Shown here piece by piece: positions 19,326 through 29,546 of a stretch of DNA of 64,000 nucleotides. This DNA comes from an uncultured Planctomycetia bacterium. Lineage in GTDB: Bacteria > Omnitrophota > Gorgyraeia > Duberdicusellales > Duberdicusellaceae. The notes under the pieces are model-generated. The model was not told the origin of the DNA, did no database searches, and saw nothing but the letters and a program-made list of their open reading frames with translations. The translations under genes were made by a program, and so were the position numbers. How positions within the stretch are numbered: the stretch's first letter is position 1; the number at the start of each line of letters is the position of its first letter. The stretch is taken from contig CAZWJT010000004.1 of NCBI GenBank assembly GCA_964634935.1, positions 30,915-94,914 on the forward strand. The letters run 5' to 3'.

Positions 19326-19985
19326 ATGAATATACTCTCTAGAATTCAAGAAGATATTAAGACTGTTTTTCGTGAAGACCCGGCAGCCCGAAATACCTGG
19401 GAAGTAGTTTTCTGCTATCCCGGGTTACATGCAATTTGGGATTACCGAATTGCGCACTGGCTTTGGAGAAAAAAAGTGAAATTTTTTGCTCGCCTCATAG
19501 CCCACTTAAGCCGTATGTTTACCGGAATTGAGATACATCCAGGAGCAAAAATAGGCAGAAGGTTTTTTATCGACCATGGCTCTGGCGTCGTAATCGGTGA
19601 AACTGCTGAGATCGGAAATGATGTCTTAGTGTATCAGGGTGTAGTCTTAGGCGGAACTTCCCGCAGCAAAGAGAAACGACATCCCACCATTGGAAATAAA
19701 GTAGTCATTGGTTCAGGAGCAATTCTGCTCGGACCGATCATGGTTGGAGAAGGAGCCCGCATAGGCGCAGGATCAGTGGTAATCAATGACGTACCCAAAG
19801 AGGCTACGGTTGTGGGGGTTCCCGGAAGAACAGTCGTCTCAGCAACCCCAAGAAAAGTGAGCGGCGTAGACCTCGATCATAACAAATTGCCAGACCCGGT
19901 GATTGAAGTATTGGAACGACTGGAAAAAAGGATTGAGAACTTAGAGCAGGAACATAATAGAAATATGCACAAACATACTCCTTAA
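19326..19985 (+). CDS. cysE: Serine O-acetyltransferase
   Basis: The N-terminal SAT helical domain (EDPAARN...[16 protein letters not shown]) and left-handed beta-helix hexapeptide repeats ([28 protein letters not shown]) are present. Confidence 0.85.
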   Translation: MNILSRIQEDIKTVFREDPAARNTWEVVFCYPGLHAIWDYRIAHWLWRKKVKFFARLIAHLSRMFTGIEIHPGAKIGRRFFIDHGSGVVIGETAEIGNDVLVYQGVVLGGTSRSKEKRHPTIGNKVVIGSGAILLGPIMVGEGARIGAGSVVINDVPKEATVVGVPGRTVVSATPRKVSGVDLDHNKLPDPVIEVLERLEKRIENLEQEHNRNMHKHTP

Positions 19986-19996
19986 AACACCCAATC

Positions 19997-21211
19997 ATGC
20001 GTTCCATCCAAGCAATCAACGAAAAAATCAAAAAAGGTACGATTGTTGTTCTTACCAAAAGCGAACTTACCGCGTATCTGCGCAAGAAAGGGTTCAAAAA
20101 AACATTCCGTGATGTTGATGTTGTGACAACAGCGACATTCGGCCCTATGTGTTCTTCAGGAATATATTTTAATACCGGGCACACTACCCCAAGAATTAAA
20201 TTCGGAGGCGGTTCGGTAACGCTCCAAGGAATACCATGCTATGCTGCTTTCGCTGCCGTGGATCTTTTTTTAGGGGCAACAGCCCTCAGCGATAACGATC
20301 CTCGAAATAGTGTATATCCGGGAAAATTCGTCTATGGAGGAGGACATGTAATTCAAGATTTGGTTGCAGGAAAAGACCTTGCGCTTTCTGTGACAACATA
20401 CGGAACTGATTGTTACCCCCGAAAAGAGATCAAAACACAAATCAATATAAGAGATTTGAATGAAGCCATTCTCTTCAACACGCGGAATTGCTATCAAAAT
20501 TATAATGTTGCAGTAAACAGTTCAAAAAACATCATTTATACCTATATGGGCATGCTCAAACCCAACCTCGGAAATGCAAACTATTGTTCGGCGGCATCAT
20601 TAAATCCACTACTCTGCGATCCGTACTATCGAACGATTGGCATCGGAACAAAAATATTTTTGGGTGGAGCACCAGGATTCGTAACCTGGTGGGGAACCCA
20701 GCATAACCCAACCGTACCAAGAACAAAGAAAGGAATCCCCCTGTCGGGATCGGGAACCCTTGCGCTTATTGGCAACCTGAAAGAAATGAACCCCCAGTGG
20801 CTCATCGGAACGTCGATCGCCGGATACGGAGTGAGCCTCAGTGTTGGCATCGGCATTCCAATTCCGATCCTCGATGAGAAAACCCTAGAGTACGCAGCCG
20901 TGCAAGATGAAGATATCCTTGCGCCAATCGTTGATTATTCAAAAGACTATCCTCAATTAACAGGAAAAATCCTGGGAACAGTAACCTATGAAGAACTGAA
21001 ATCCGGCTCGATTATCTTCAAAAAGAAAAAAATCCCGACTGGGTCACTATCCAGCCTCCGCAAAGCAGAGAAAATCTCGAATATTCTGAAAGAGTGGATA
21101 CACAACAAGAAGTTTTTCCTTACGCAACCCGTAGCCAAAATACCAGATCATACGTCCGGGTATACATTCCGAATGTTGAAAGAACGGCCACTTAAAAAAA
21201 TTCGTATTTAA
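19997..21211 (+). CDS. DUF39/COG1900 homocysteine biosynthesis protein (L-aspartate-semialdehyde sulfurtransferase, MA1821-like; no CBS domains)
   Basis: 404 aa of DUF39-type sequence, immediately followed by the NIL-ferredoxin partner, which is the conserved MA1821/MA1822 gene pair. Confidence 0.75.
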   Translation: MRSIQAINEKIKKGTIVVLTKSELTAYLRKKGFKKTFRDVDVVTTATFGPMCSSGIYFNTGHTTPRIKFGGGSVTLQGIPCYAAFAAVDLFLGATALSDNDPRNSVYPGKFVYGGGHVIQDLVAGKDLALSVTTYGTDCYPRKEIKTQINIRDLNEAILFNTRNCYQNYNVAVNSSKNIIYTYMGMLKPNLGNANYCSAASLNPLLCDPYYRTIGIGTKIFLGGAPGFVTWWGTQHNPTVPRTKKGIPLSGSGTLALIGNLKEMNPQWLIGTSIAGYGVSLSVGIGIPIPILDEKTLEYAAVQDEDILAPIVDYSKDYPQLTGKILGTVTYEELKSGSIIFKKKKIPTGSLSSLRKAEKISNILKEWIHNKKFFLTQPVAKIPDHTSGYTFRMLKERPLKKIRI

Positions 21212-21213
21212 CC

Positions 21214-21630
21214 ATGAATAAATTCGTCACAAAACGGATTGTTCTTCATTTTCCAAAAAATATGGTGAACCAACCGATTGTATACCGGCTGGTGAAGGAT
21301 TTTGACCTTGAATTCAATATTCTGAAAGCAGAAATAAACCCCAAAGAAGAAGGACTACTCGTGCTAGAGCTCAAGGGCACTTCCGAAAATTATAAGCGGG
21401 GCATTGAGTATCTGAAAAAAGAAAAAGTCAGCACCCAACCCTTAAGCCATGATGTTACTATGAACAAGGAAAAATGCGTTGACTGTTCAGTGTGTGTCCC
21501 TTTATGCCCGACCAAAGCACTCGTCTGCAATGAAACAACTCGTGAGGTAACTTTCATCAAGAATAAATGCGTTGCGTGCGGCATATGCATTCCGGCCTGT
21601 CCGTATGGTGCAATGAACATCTCCTTCTAA
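21214..21630 (+). CDS. NIL-domain / 2x[4Fe-4S] ferredoxin protein (MA1822-like partner of DUF39)
   Basis: 138 aa. The N-terminal region contains the literal NIL motif (EFNILKAEI), followed by two CxxCxxCxxxCP ferredoxin motifs (CVDCSVCVPLCP, CVACGICIPACP). Confidence 0.85.
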   Translation: MNKFVTKRIVLHFPKNMVNQPIVYRLVKDFDLEFNILKAEINPKEEGLLVLELKGTSENYKRGIEYLKKEKVSTQPLSHDVTMNKEKCVDCSVCVPLCPTKALVCNETTREVTFIKNKCVACGICIPACPYGAMNISF

Positions 21631-21636
21631 AATTTC

Positions 21637-22566
21637 ATGAATATCGCCCTAGGAACAAGCTTCCTAATCCTTTTTGCCATCGCAGTTGTAGGGATGCTAC
21701 TGTATGTCAAATTCTCACTCTCTTCCCAGGTAAAAAATCTTGAAGAAAAATTCATCAACCAAAAACTCACTGACCAACAAATCTTTTCAGCAGTCCAGCA
21801 AAATGTGTCACTTTCTTTAGAGAGAATTTCTAAAGATATCGGTGAACTGACCGGAGTAAGCAGAAATCTTTTGGCAATAAGCTCTTCATTCGACAACCTT
21901 TTAAAAAACCCGTCTTACCGGGGAGGTCTCGGTGAAATCCTTCTTGAAAAGATGATTGCTGACATTCTGCCTCGGGAAACATTCGAACGCCAACTGAGTT
22001 TTTCCAATGGCCTGACTGCTGACATTCTCATCAAAACTCCTCAGGGAAACTTAGCAATTGATTCAAAATTTTCCTTTGAAACATTCAAAAACTACTCAAC
22101 CGCCCAGGATGAAAAAGAACGGGAACAACTTAAAAAAATCTTTCTCCGGAGCATAAAAACTCGGATTGACGAAACCTCAAAATACATTTTGCCGCAAGAG
22201 CATACTTTTGACTTTGCTTGCATGTATGTTCCATCGGAAGCAGTTTATTACGAAATCATCACCAATGATGAAATAGCCATTTACGCACAAAACAAAAAAG
22301 TGTTCTTAACCGGACCGAATACACTCTTGGTATACTTGCGGACCCTGCTCATCGGTTTTAAAGGCCTGACTATTGAACGGCAAGCACAGCTCATGCTCAA
22401 CGAAATAAATAATCTGGAGAAGAATTTTCTGACTCTGAATGAATCGATAAAGATTCTCGGAGGCCACTTGAAAAACTCCCTAGCAAAACATCGGGAGATC
22501 GAAGAAAAAATACTCTCACTGTCGCTTGAATTGAAGCATCTTACGGAAGAAAAAAACTCTCCATGA
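21637..22566 (+). CDS. rmuC: DNA recombination protein RmuC
   Basis: An N-terminal TM helix and coiled-coil, then the RmuC core (RGGLGEILLEKM...ADIL...DSKF...YVPSEAVYYEI). Confidence 0.85.
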   Translation: MNIALGTSFLILFAIAVVGMLLYVKFSLSSQVKNLEEKFINQKLTDQQIFSAVQQNVSLSLERISKDIGELTGVSRNLLAISSSFDNLLKNPSYRGGLGEILLEKMIADILPRETFERQLSFSNGLTADILIKTPQGNLAIDSKFSFETFKNYSTAQDEKEREQLKKIFLRSIKTRIDETSKYILPQEHTFDFACMYVPSEAVYYEIITNDEIAIYAQNKKVFLTGPNTLLVYLRTLLIGFKGLTIERQAQLMLNEINNLEKNFLTLNESIKILGGHLKNSLAKHREIEEKILSLSLELKHLTEEKNSP

Positions 22567-22793
22567 AAAAACTCACCGTTAAAGTCCATCCCAACGCATC
22601 CCACGAAAAAATAGTCCTCAAGGAAAATCTTTTGCACGTTTATGTTCACGCATCACCGGAAAAAGGCAACGCCAATAAGCGGCTTGTCGCATTAATCGCT
22701 GAATACTTTGAAGTACCGAAATCGTTGGTTCATATTCTCTGCGGACATACCTCCCGAAACAAAGTAATCGAGATTATCTCGTCCAATGAATAG
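22563..22793 (+). CDS. yggU: DUF167 (YggU/UPF0235) family protein
   Basis: 76 aa. The LxVxVxPNASxxxI...L.VxVxAxPExGxANxxL pattern is typical of YggU. It is coupled to rmuC by a 4-nt overlap. Confidence 0.8.
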   Translation: MKKLTVKVHPNASHEKIVLKENLLHVYVHASPEKGNANKRLVALIAEYFEVPKSLVHILCGHTSRNKVIEIISSNE

Positions 22794-23481
22794 GATACGC
22801 CACGTTCGGGGAATATACACCATCCCGCTCTTTCGTAAATTTGGATTTGTTGCGGGTTTTACTGACAAGACGTTTCCGGGGATCGAAATCGAAAAAGACA
22901 TTACTGAAGTATTTTCCCGGATGAAACTACCCTTCCATACGATCACATTCTTAAACCAGTTACATCACACACGAATAATACAGGCGCCGTATACCAAGAA
23001 AAACCCTTCCGCCGACGGATTATACAGCAGGAGAGAAGGTCACATTATTGTAATAAAAACTGCCGATTGTATTCCACTCTTTGCTGTCGACAAAGAAAAA
23101 GAAACAGGCGCGCTTTTGCATATTGGATGGAAACCGGCCCAGCGCGGTATTATCCGGAATTTCGCTCAGATTATCCAGCAACAAGGGAAAAAAATCGGTA
23201 ACTTCAAATTTGCGTTAGGGGTCGGACTGAGAGGAAAATGTTTTGAAATTCAGAAGGATTTTTTCAAGTATAAAAATTTTCATGGATGCATCGAGAAAAA
23301 AAGAAATCGGCTGTTCTTTAATCTTGCTGGATTCATCGAGCGTGCGCTTATCGCCGAAGGCGCAAAAAAACAAGATATCCTTGACCTTGATCTCTGCAGC
23401 GGCTGTGAAACAAAAAAATTTTTCTCCTTCCGACGCGAAAAGAACCAATCCAGAACTCTATCATTCCTGATGAAGCTTTAG
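22786..23481 (+). CDS. pgeF: Peptidoglycan editing factor PgeF / YfiH (DUF152, Cu-oxidase_4) family
   Basis: The TADCIPLFAV and HIGWKP motifs match the YfiH His/Cys/His site. Confidence 0.85.
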   Translation: MNRIRHVRGIYTIPLFRKFGFVAGFTDKTFPGIEIEKDITEVFSRMKLPFHTITFLNQLHHTRIIQAPYTKKNPSADGLYSRREGHIIVIKTADCIPLFAVDKEKETGALLHIGWKPAQRGIIRNFAQIIQQQGKKIGNFKFALGVGLRGKCFEIQKDFFKYKNFHGCIEKKRNRLFFNLAGFIERALIAEGAKKQDILDLDLCSGCETKKFFSFRREKNQSRTLSFLMKL

Positions 23482-23490
23482 AGCGGCCAG

Positions 23491-24291
23491 CTATTGTGAA
23501 CGGGAAATCCTTCGTTTCAGATTTCGAACACCAAAAAATAAACAGAAAAAAACAAGCAAAAAACTCCGCAGACAGATAGTGAAACTCGGAAAAAGAAGCT
23601 TTCCTGAAAAGGCAGAGCGGAGCCAGGCATCAAGAGGCGGAATAAAAAAAGAAGAAAACCTCACTGCAACACCCAGAAATAAATTTTCCGGAAGTACCCG
23701 TTCAATCTCAAATAAAAAAAGTCCAACAGCAGAAATTTGGATTGTCAGAAAAGACGCAAAAGCGTTATTCCAGACTGAATAAAAAAAGAAAAAACAGCTG
23801 ACGACCAGAACGGCAATTATTCCGACAAAAAAATAACCCGTAAAAATACCAGTGAAAAACTGATGCGTATTCAAAACAACAATACTCTCTATAAAGCAGG
23901 ACCACGTAAGCACAAAAAAAAGAGTCACCGCTAGCATGCCGCCGAACAAAGAAAACCCATACTGGCGGAATCCTACGGGCTTTGTAAGAAATAAAACGCG
24001 GTAACGCGGTGAGATGAAATCTGAACTCAACGCGTTAAATCCAACGCTGACAATGAAAATAACCAAAAGAACAGAAAGAAAAATAGAGGTTTGAACGGCA
24101 ACCTGGGTCCAGGAAGAAAAATCTTTGGAAAGCTTTTCATAGGAAACCTGAAAATCTCGCTGGAAAACGAGCTGCGCGCTCATTAACAAGATAAGGCCAA
24201 GGAGAAAAAAAATAAGGAAAATCTTTTCACGCCTGCAATAACGGAATATAAAAAGAACGAATTGTTGCACTGCTTGCATATCAAAAATCAA
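23491..24291 (-). CDS. ABC-2 type transporter permease
   Basis: 266 aa with six predicted TM helices. It lies immediately downstream of, and overlaps, the ABC ATPase gene. Confidence 0.6.
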   Translation of the reverse strand: MIFDMQAVQQFVLFIFRYCRREKIFLIFFLLGLILLMSAQLVFQRDFQVSYEKLSKDFSSWTQVAVQTSIFLSVLLVIFIVSVGFNALSSDFISPRYRVLFLTKPVGFRQYGFSLFGGMLAVTLFFVLTWSCFIESIVVLNTHQFFTGIFTGYFFVGIIAVLVVSCFFFFYSVWNNAFASFLTIQISAVGLFLFEIERVLPENLFLGVAVRFSSFFIPPLDAWLRSAFSGKLLFPSFTICLRSFLLVFFCLFFGVRNLKRRISRSQ

Positions 24292-24976
24292 TGGGTTTGT
24301 TCAAAAACAAATTGGGCCATTCCGGATTCACAGCCATAGCCTCGCTTGAAACCACCTGAAAAACTTTCCCTCCTTGTAAGATTACCGCCGTATCCGCTAA
24401 ATGTTCAATCTCAGAAAAAACATGAGAAGAAAGAACAATGAGAGTTCTTTCCCGGATCGCTTGCAGCCTGCGATACAAAACTGTCTTGGTTTCGGCATCA
24501 AGATACACCGAAGGTTCATCAAGCAATAAGACCCGCGGTTCTGCGAGAAATGCCTGAGCAACAAGAACCTTTCTCAGCGTCCCGCAAGAAAGATGTCGAA
24601 TAAGCTTACGCTCATATCCGGCAAGAAAAAATTCTTTGGTTAAATAATCAATTCGCTGTTTTGCAATCGCGAAAGGCAGTGAATAGAGCCGTGCAATAAG
24701 ATAAAGGTATTCTCCGACTCGCAAGAATGGAGGCAAAAAATTGTCTTCCGGAACATAGCCAATAAATTGACGAAATGAATACGGGGTGACACCCCAGTAA
24801 GAAACTGCGCCTCGGCATGGAGGTAAAACACCCGATAAAATCTTTAAAAGTGTACTTTTCCCTGAACCATTTTGACCTAAAATAGCAAGGATACTCTTTG
24901 AAAAAGAAAAATGAATGTCATCGAGAATGGCTCGATGAGAAGACTCTATGCGATAAAGATGTTCAATATGAAGCAT
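24281..24976 (-). CDS. ABC transporter ATP-binding protein
   Basis: Walker A (GQNGSGKSTL), a signature-like motif (LSCGTLRK), and Walker B (LLLDEPSVYLD). The start was moved to the internal Met (MLHIEHLY...) to avoid a 74-nt overlap with recO. Confidence 0.85.
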   Translation of the reverse strand: MLHIEHLYRIESSHRAILDDIHFSFSKSILAILGQNGSGKSTLLKILSGVLPPCRGAVSYWGVTPYSFRQFIGYVPEDNFLPPFLRVGEYLYLIARLYSLPFAIAKQRIDYLTKEFFLAGYERKLIRHLSCGTLRKVLVAQAFLAEPRVLLLDEPSVYLDAETKTVLYRRLQAIRERTLIVLSSHVFSEIEHLADTAVILQGGKVFQVVSSEAMAVNPEWPNLFLNKPIDF

Positions 24977-25706
24977 AGCAAAGCAATCGCTCAAAAGAAA
25001 GATTAATATCCGTATGATACTCGAGGAACTGCTCAATGATCATTCGTAATTCTTCTGAGGTTTTTGGACTCATACGAAGCCGTAAACAAGCCGAGAAATC
25101 GTTTTTCAGAATAAACTCAATCACTTTAAAGAGCTCACCGGAAATATGGAGGGTCCCGGAAAGTTGCTGAGCACACTTTAAACATACAACTCCTCCAGAG
25201 CGAATACTGAAAAGAAATTCCCCTGTACACTCTTCTTTACAGACGATACACGCTGAGAGCAATGGTTGGATTCCAAGACACAAAAAAACTTTAAGCAAGA
25301 ATATCGGGTGAAGCTCTGCGGGCAAGCGGGTTTTTAAAAACCCCAGAGTCTCGGTGAGAAGATTAAAAAAATCCGGATGTGGTTGATGGAGCGGTGAGAT
25401 CTGATTTGCGCAGTGAATCAAAAATCCGGCAAAAATATTTTTCTTGAAGTCGGAACGAATCGCTGAAAAATCATCGAGCAAATAGGCAGAAGAAACCAGC
25501 CAGATTTCATCGGCTTTCTCATAAAAAATAAATTCATTGAGCGAAAAAACATCAAGAGTTGAGATAAAGTAATCTGGATGACGATAAAATCCCTTGAATA
25601 ATCCGGTTATCTTGCCAAATCGTTTTGTATAAATCGTCGCTATGCGGCTCGTTTCACGAAAGTCAAAATGCGCGAGCACAATTCCTAAATCTTTTTGAAT
25701 CCCCAT
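24963..25706 (-). CDS. recO: DNA repair protein RecO
   Basis: An N-terminal OB-fold region and a C-terminal zinc-binding CxxC...CxxC (CIVCKEEC...CLKCAQQ) are typical of RecO. Confidence 0.85.
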   Translation of the reverse strand: MGIQKDLGIVLAHFDFRETSRIATIYTKRFGKITGLFKGFYRHPDYFISTLDVFSLNEFIFYEKADEIWLVSSAYLLDDFSAIRSDFKKNIFAGFLIHCANQISPLHQPHPDFFNLLTETLGFLKTRLPAELHPIFLLKVFLCLGIQPLLSACIVCKEECTGEFLFSIRSGGVVCLKCAQQLSGTLHISGELFKVIEFILKNDFSACLRLRMSPKTSEELRMIIEQFLEYHTDINLSFERLLCYASY

Positions 25707-25873
25707 AGGTATAATTATATGCGCTTTTCGGCAAATAGCAATTGATGCTCAAGATGGAAAAATATATCAAAAAACATCCGGGAGAAAAAACTTTTCAAAA
25801 CAGAAAAGCATGGTATAATTTTTTCGAATTTTTGCACACGTATTATGCGGTAGGACCCATCGCCATGAGAAAC

Positions 25874-25901
25874 TTGTAATATTCTTTTTTTGATGTATAC
25901 T
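25874..25901 (+). promoter_or_regulatory. Putative promoter TTGTAA-16-TATACT for ppdK, with a consensus SD AAGGAGG at 25935-25941
   Basis: The hexamers and SD are seen in the sequence, and the SD sits 7 nt from the ATG at 25949. Confidence 0.4.
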
Positions 25902-25948
25902 AATTATCTTACAATATAAATTCAGGAAACAACCACAAGGAGGCGACA

Positions 25949-28705
25949 ATGAGTCCGAGAAAAATCTCAAAAAAATCAAAAAAATACGTATACTTTTTTG
26001 GCGGAGGGAAAGCTGACGGAAACGAAAGTATGAAAAATCTTTTAGGGGGAAAAGGCGCAAACCTCGCAGAGATGGCAGGCCATAAAAACCTTCGTCTTCC
26101 GGTTCCTCCAGGATTTACGATTACCACGGAAGTCTGCACGTACTATTATCAAAATAAAAAATCATACCCAGTGGGTTTGCATGATCAGGTGAATGACGCT
26201 CTGAAAAAAGTTGAAACACTGATGGGGAAAAAATTCGGTGATTCAGCGAACCCGCTCCTTGTTTCAGTACGTTCAGGTGCACGGAAATCTATGCCCGGAA
26301 TGATGGAAACCGTACTCAATGTCGGACTCACAGAAAAAACCATTCCTGGACTTATCAAACAAACCGGGAATGAACGGTTCGTCTATGATGCGTATCGAAG
26401 ACTCATTATGATGTATTCGGATGTAGTCATGGAAAAAGCTGCTGGTATCGAACCGATGCATGATGAAGGAGGCATTCGCCGGCAGCTCGAGAAGATCATG
26501 GACGAAATGAAAAAACGCAAAGGTGTCCTGAACGATACCGATCTCGACGCAAACGATCTTAAATCACTTTGCGTGCTTTTCAAGGGAAAAATCAAAGAAG
26601 TCCTGAAAAAAGAATTTCCTGATAATCCTCAAGAACAAATCTGGGGAGGTATTGGGGCAGTTTTTGCCTCTTGGAACGGCAAACGAGCGATTTCGTACCG
26701 TAGAATAGAAAATATACCAGACGAGTGGGGAACAGCAGTAACAGTACAATGCATGGTTTTTGGCAACATGGGATTAGATTCTGCGACAGGTGTTGCCTTT
26801 ACGCGAAATCCCGGAAATGGCGAGAATAGATTTTACGGAGAATATCTGGTAAATGCGCAAGGCGAAGATGTCGTCGCAGGAATCAGAACTCCTGCGCCCA
26901 TTAACGAATATTCGAAAGGCGGACAAAATAAAGAACTGGTCACCCTCGAAGAATCAATGTCCAAAATTTATAAGCAGCTTTTCGATATCCAGAAACGTCT
27001 TGAAAAACATTACCATGATATGCAGGATATCGAATTCACAATCGAAAAAGGCCGCCTTTTTATGCTTCAATGTCGCATCGGAAAAAGGAACGGGCCGGCT
27101 GCAGTGCGCATGGCTATGGATATGCTCAAAGAAAAATTCATTGATAAAGAAACGGCGATTACCCGAGTAACCCCCGCTCAGCTTGATGAGCTTTTGCATC
27201 CAATCATCGACCCTAAAGTCGAGACAACTCAGAAACCAATCGCTAAAGGCCTGCCGGCTGGACCCGGGGGAGCATGCGGAATGATTGTTTTCTCTCCTCA
27301 TGAAGCAGTAGAATGGGCGAAAGCGGGAAAAAAAGTAATTCTTGTTCGAGAAGAAACCAATCCCGAAGATATTGAAGGCATGCGAGCCGCCCAGGCAATT
27401 CTTACCGCACGAGGAGGAATGACTTCACATGCTGCTTTAGTCGCCCGCGGCTGGGGTAAGTGCTGCATTGTAGGATGTGGAGCGCTCAAAATTGACCACT
27501 CGAATAAAACCTTAACAGTCGGCGAGAAAATGCTCAAAGAAGGGGATTGGATCACCCTGAATGGAACAAAAGGAAATGTATACCTCGGATCGCTTAAAAT
27601 GATGGACGCATCTGAGGAAAACAAACTTCTTTTTGAGTTTTTAAGTATCTGCGATAAAGTACGAACATTAAAAATTCGCACGAATGCTGACACCCCGGAA
27701 GACGCACGGAAGGCGCGCGCTTTCGGAGCAGAAGGAATCGGGCTTTTCCGGATTGAACATATGTTTTACGGAAAGAATTCGGAAGTCCCCTTGTTTAAAC
27801 TACGAAAAATGATTATTTCGAGAACCGAAGAGGAGCGCAGAAAAGCGCTGGATGAACTCTTTCCGTTCATGAAATCCGACATCAAAAATACCCTAGAAGC
27901 AATGCAAGGATTTCCAGTGACAATACGACTCATGGATCCGCCTTTGCATGAATTTATTCCCCAAGACGAAAAACAGCAGATTGAATTGGCTCAAAGCGTT
28001 GGTATTGGTTTAGATGAATTCCGTAAAAGAGCGGCTGTGCTCCACGAAACAAATCCAATGATGGGACACCGTGGGGTTCGGCTTGGTATCACATATCCGG
28101 AAATCACCGAGATTCAAATCCGGGCTATCCTAGAGGCCACTGCGGAGCTTTTGAAAGAACATCTGAAAATTTTCCCGGAAATCATGGTCCCGGTAGTTTG
28201 CAATCAAAAAGAACTGCTGGACCAGAAAGAAATCGCCAAACGAGTGTATGAAGAAGTTCTCAAAAAATATAATTTCAAGGCGATTCCGCATTTATTCGGC
28301 ACCATGATTGAAATTCCCCGGGCAAGCTTGGTTGCAGACAAAATTGCGGAAGTAGCTCAATTTTTCTCCTTTGGAACAAATGATTTAACCCAAATGGGTT
28401 TTGGTTTCTCGCGCGATGACATCGGAGGATTCTTGCCTGATTATCTGAAAAAACAAATTCTTCCAAACGACCCATTCCAGGTTATTGACGAAGAAGGCAT
28501 AGGCCAGCTCATTCAGCTTGGAATTAAGCGTGGACGTGCAACTAGAAAAGATTTGAAGGTCGGAATTTGTGGAGAACATGGGGGAGAACCTCAATCAGTT
28601 GATTTTTGCCACCGAGTTGGAATGAATTATGTTTCTTGTTCACCATTCCGCGTTCCTATTGCGCGGCTTGCTGCAGCACAAGCAGTGCTCAGAAATAAGA
28701 AATAA
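25949..28705 (+). CDS. ppdK: Pyruvate, phosphate dikinase
   Basis: 918 aa. The ATP-grasp N-terminus (GGKGANLAEM), the phospho-His domain (GGMTSHAALVARGWGKCCIVGC) and a PEP-utilising TIM barrel C-terminus are all present. Confidence 0.95.
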   Translation: MSPRKISKKSKKYVYFFGGGKADGNESMKNLLGGKGANLAEMAGHKNLRLPVPPGFTITTEVCTYYYQNKKSYPVGLHDQVNDALKKVETLMGKKFGDSANPLLVSVRSGARKSMPGMMETVLNVGLTEKTIPGLIKQTGNERFVYDAYRRLIMMYSDVVMEKAAGIEPMHDEGGIRRQLEKIMDEMKKRKGVLNDTDLDANDLKSLCVLFKGKIKEVLKKEFPDNPQEQIWGGIGAVFASWNGKRAISYRRIENIPDEWGTAVTVQCMVFGNMGLDSATGVAFTRNPGNGENRFYGEYLVNAQGEDVVAGIRTPAPINEYSKGGQNKELVTLEESMSKIYKQLFDIQKRLEKHYHDMQDIEFTIEKGRLFMLQCRIGKRNGPAAVRMAMDMLKEKFIDKETAITRVTPAQLDELLHPIIDPKVETTQKPIAKGLPAGPGGACGMIVFSPHEAVEWAKAGKKVILVREETNPEDIEGMRAAQAILTARGGMTSHAALVARGWGKCCIVGCGALKIDHSNKTLTVGEKMLKEGDWITLNGTKGNVYLGSLKMMDASEENKLLFEFLSICDKVRTLKIRTNADTPEDARKARAFGAEGIGLFRIEHMFYGKNSEVPLFKLRKMIISRTEEERRKALDELFPFMKSDIKNTLEAMQGFPVTIRLMDPPLHEFIPQDEKQQIELAQSVGIGLDEFRKRAAVLHETNPMMGHRGVRLGITYPEITEIQIRAILEATAELLKEHLKIFPEIMVPVVCNQKELLDQKEIAKRVYEEVLKKYNFKAIPHLFGTMIEIPRASLVADKIAEVAQFFSFGTNDLTQMGFGFSRDDIGGFLPDYLKKQILPNDPFQVIDEEGIGQLIQLGIKRGRATRKDLKVGICGEHGGEPQSVDFCHRVGMNYVSCSPFRVPIARLAAAQAVLRNKK

Positions 28706-28719
28706 CCACGCATCCAGAC

Positions 28720-29535
28720 ATGGAGGCGATACGCGCATACATCGAACGAATAAAAAATATTCCTGTATTGTCTGCTCAAGAGGAACGGAAGCTGCTTCGC
28801 CAAGCTAAGAAGCAGAACCGAGAAGCATACAGGAAGTTGATCAACTCAAATCTAAAGTTGGTCATCAATATCGCAAAACACTATGCCCGATTCGGCCTTC
28901 CCTTAATGGATCTAATCGAAGAAGGCAATATCGGGATTATCAAAGCAATTGCAAAATTCAATCTCCGGAAAGGATATCGGTTTTCCACGTATGCTTCCTG
29001 GTGGATACGCCAAGCGATAACCCGAGCGCTCACTGAACAATCCCGCCTCATTCGCATTCCAGTGTATATGAGCGAACTTATGTCTCATTACGTCAAAGGA
29101 ACTGAAGAATTGCGGCAGCTTCTCAATCGTGAACCAACAAAGCAAGAACTCGCCAAAAAACTCAAAATCTCCCAGGAACGGCTTTCGAACATTGAGCTTC
29201 GTATGAATAAAAAATCCTCGCTTGATGCTCCGGTAGGAGATGAAGGGGATTCCCAGCTTTCTGATTTTATCAAAACCGAAGGAGAAGCAGATACCGAAGG
29301 AGAAATTGACAGTTTCTTTAAGCACCAAAACATCCTTGATCTCTTTCATGAACTCTCCGAGCGTGACGCACTTATCTTAGACATGCGTTTTGGCATCTCA
29401 AGCGGAAAAGCTGCTACTCTTGCTGAAGTCTCCAAGAAGCTTAAAATATCGCGTGAACGTGTCCGCCAACTCGAAGAACGGGCTCTTAAAAAATTACGAG
29501 CGGTTGTCAAAGAACATAATATCAGCTCCCTTTAA
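28720..29535 (+). CDS. RNA polymerase sigma factor, sigma-70 family
   Basis: 271 aa with region 2 ([17 protein letters not shown]...[14 protein letters not shown]), region 3, and a region 4 HTH ([27 protein letters not shown]). Confidence 0.85.
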   Translation: MEAIRAYIERIKNIPVLSAQEERKLLRQAKKQNREAYRKLINSNLKLVINIAKHYARFGLPLMDLIEEGNIGIIKAIAKFNLRKGYRFSTYASWWIRQAITRALTEQSRLIRIPVYMSELMSHYVKGTEELRQLLNREPTKQELAKKLKISQERLSNIELRMNKKSSLDAPVGDEGDSQLSDFIKTEGEADTEGEIDSFFKHQNILDLFHELSERDALILDMRFGISSGKAATLAEVSKKLKISRERVRQLEERALKKLRAVVKEHNISSL

Positions 29536-29546
29536 CCGAGGTAGAT

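Noticed and set aside
19170-19326. A possible terminator hairpin after the propeller-protein gene
   Set aside because: No convincing GC-rich inverted repeat with a U-tract was found by eye. Only the promoter-like element for cysE was retained.
28912-29349. A 145-aa minus-strand ORF antisense to the sigma factor gene
   Set aside because: It is fully embedded antisense in a conserved sigma-70 CDS.
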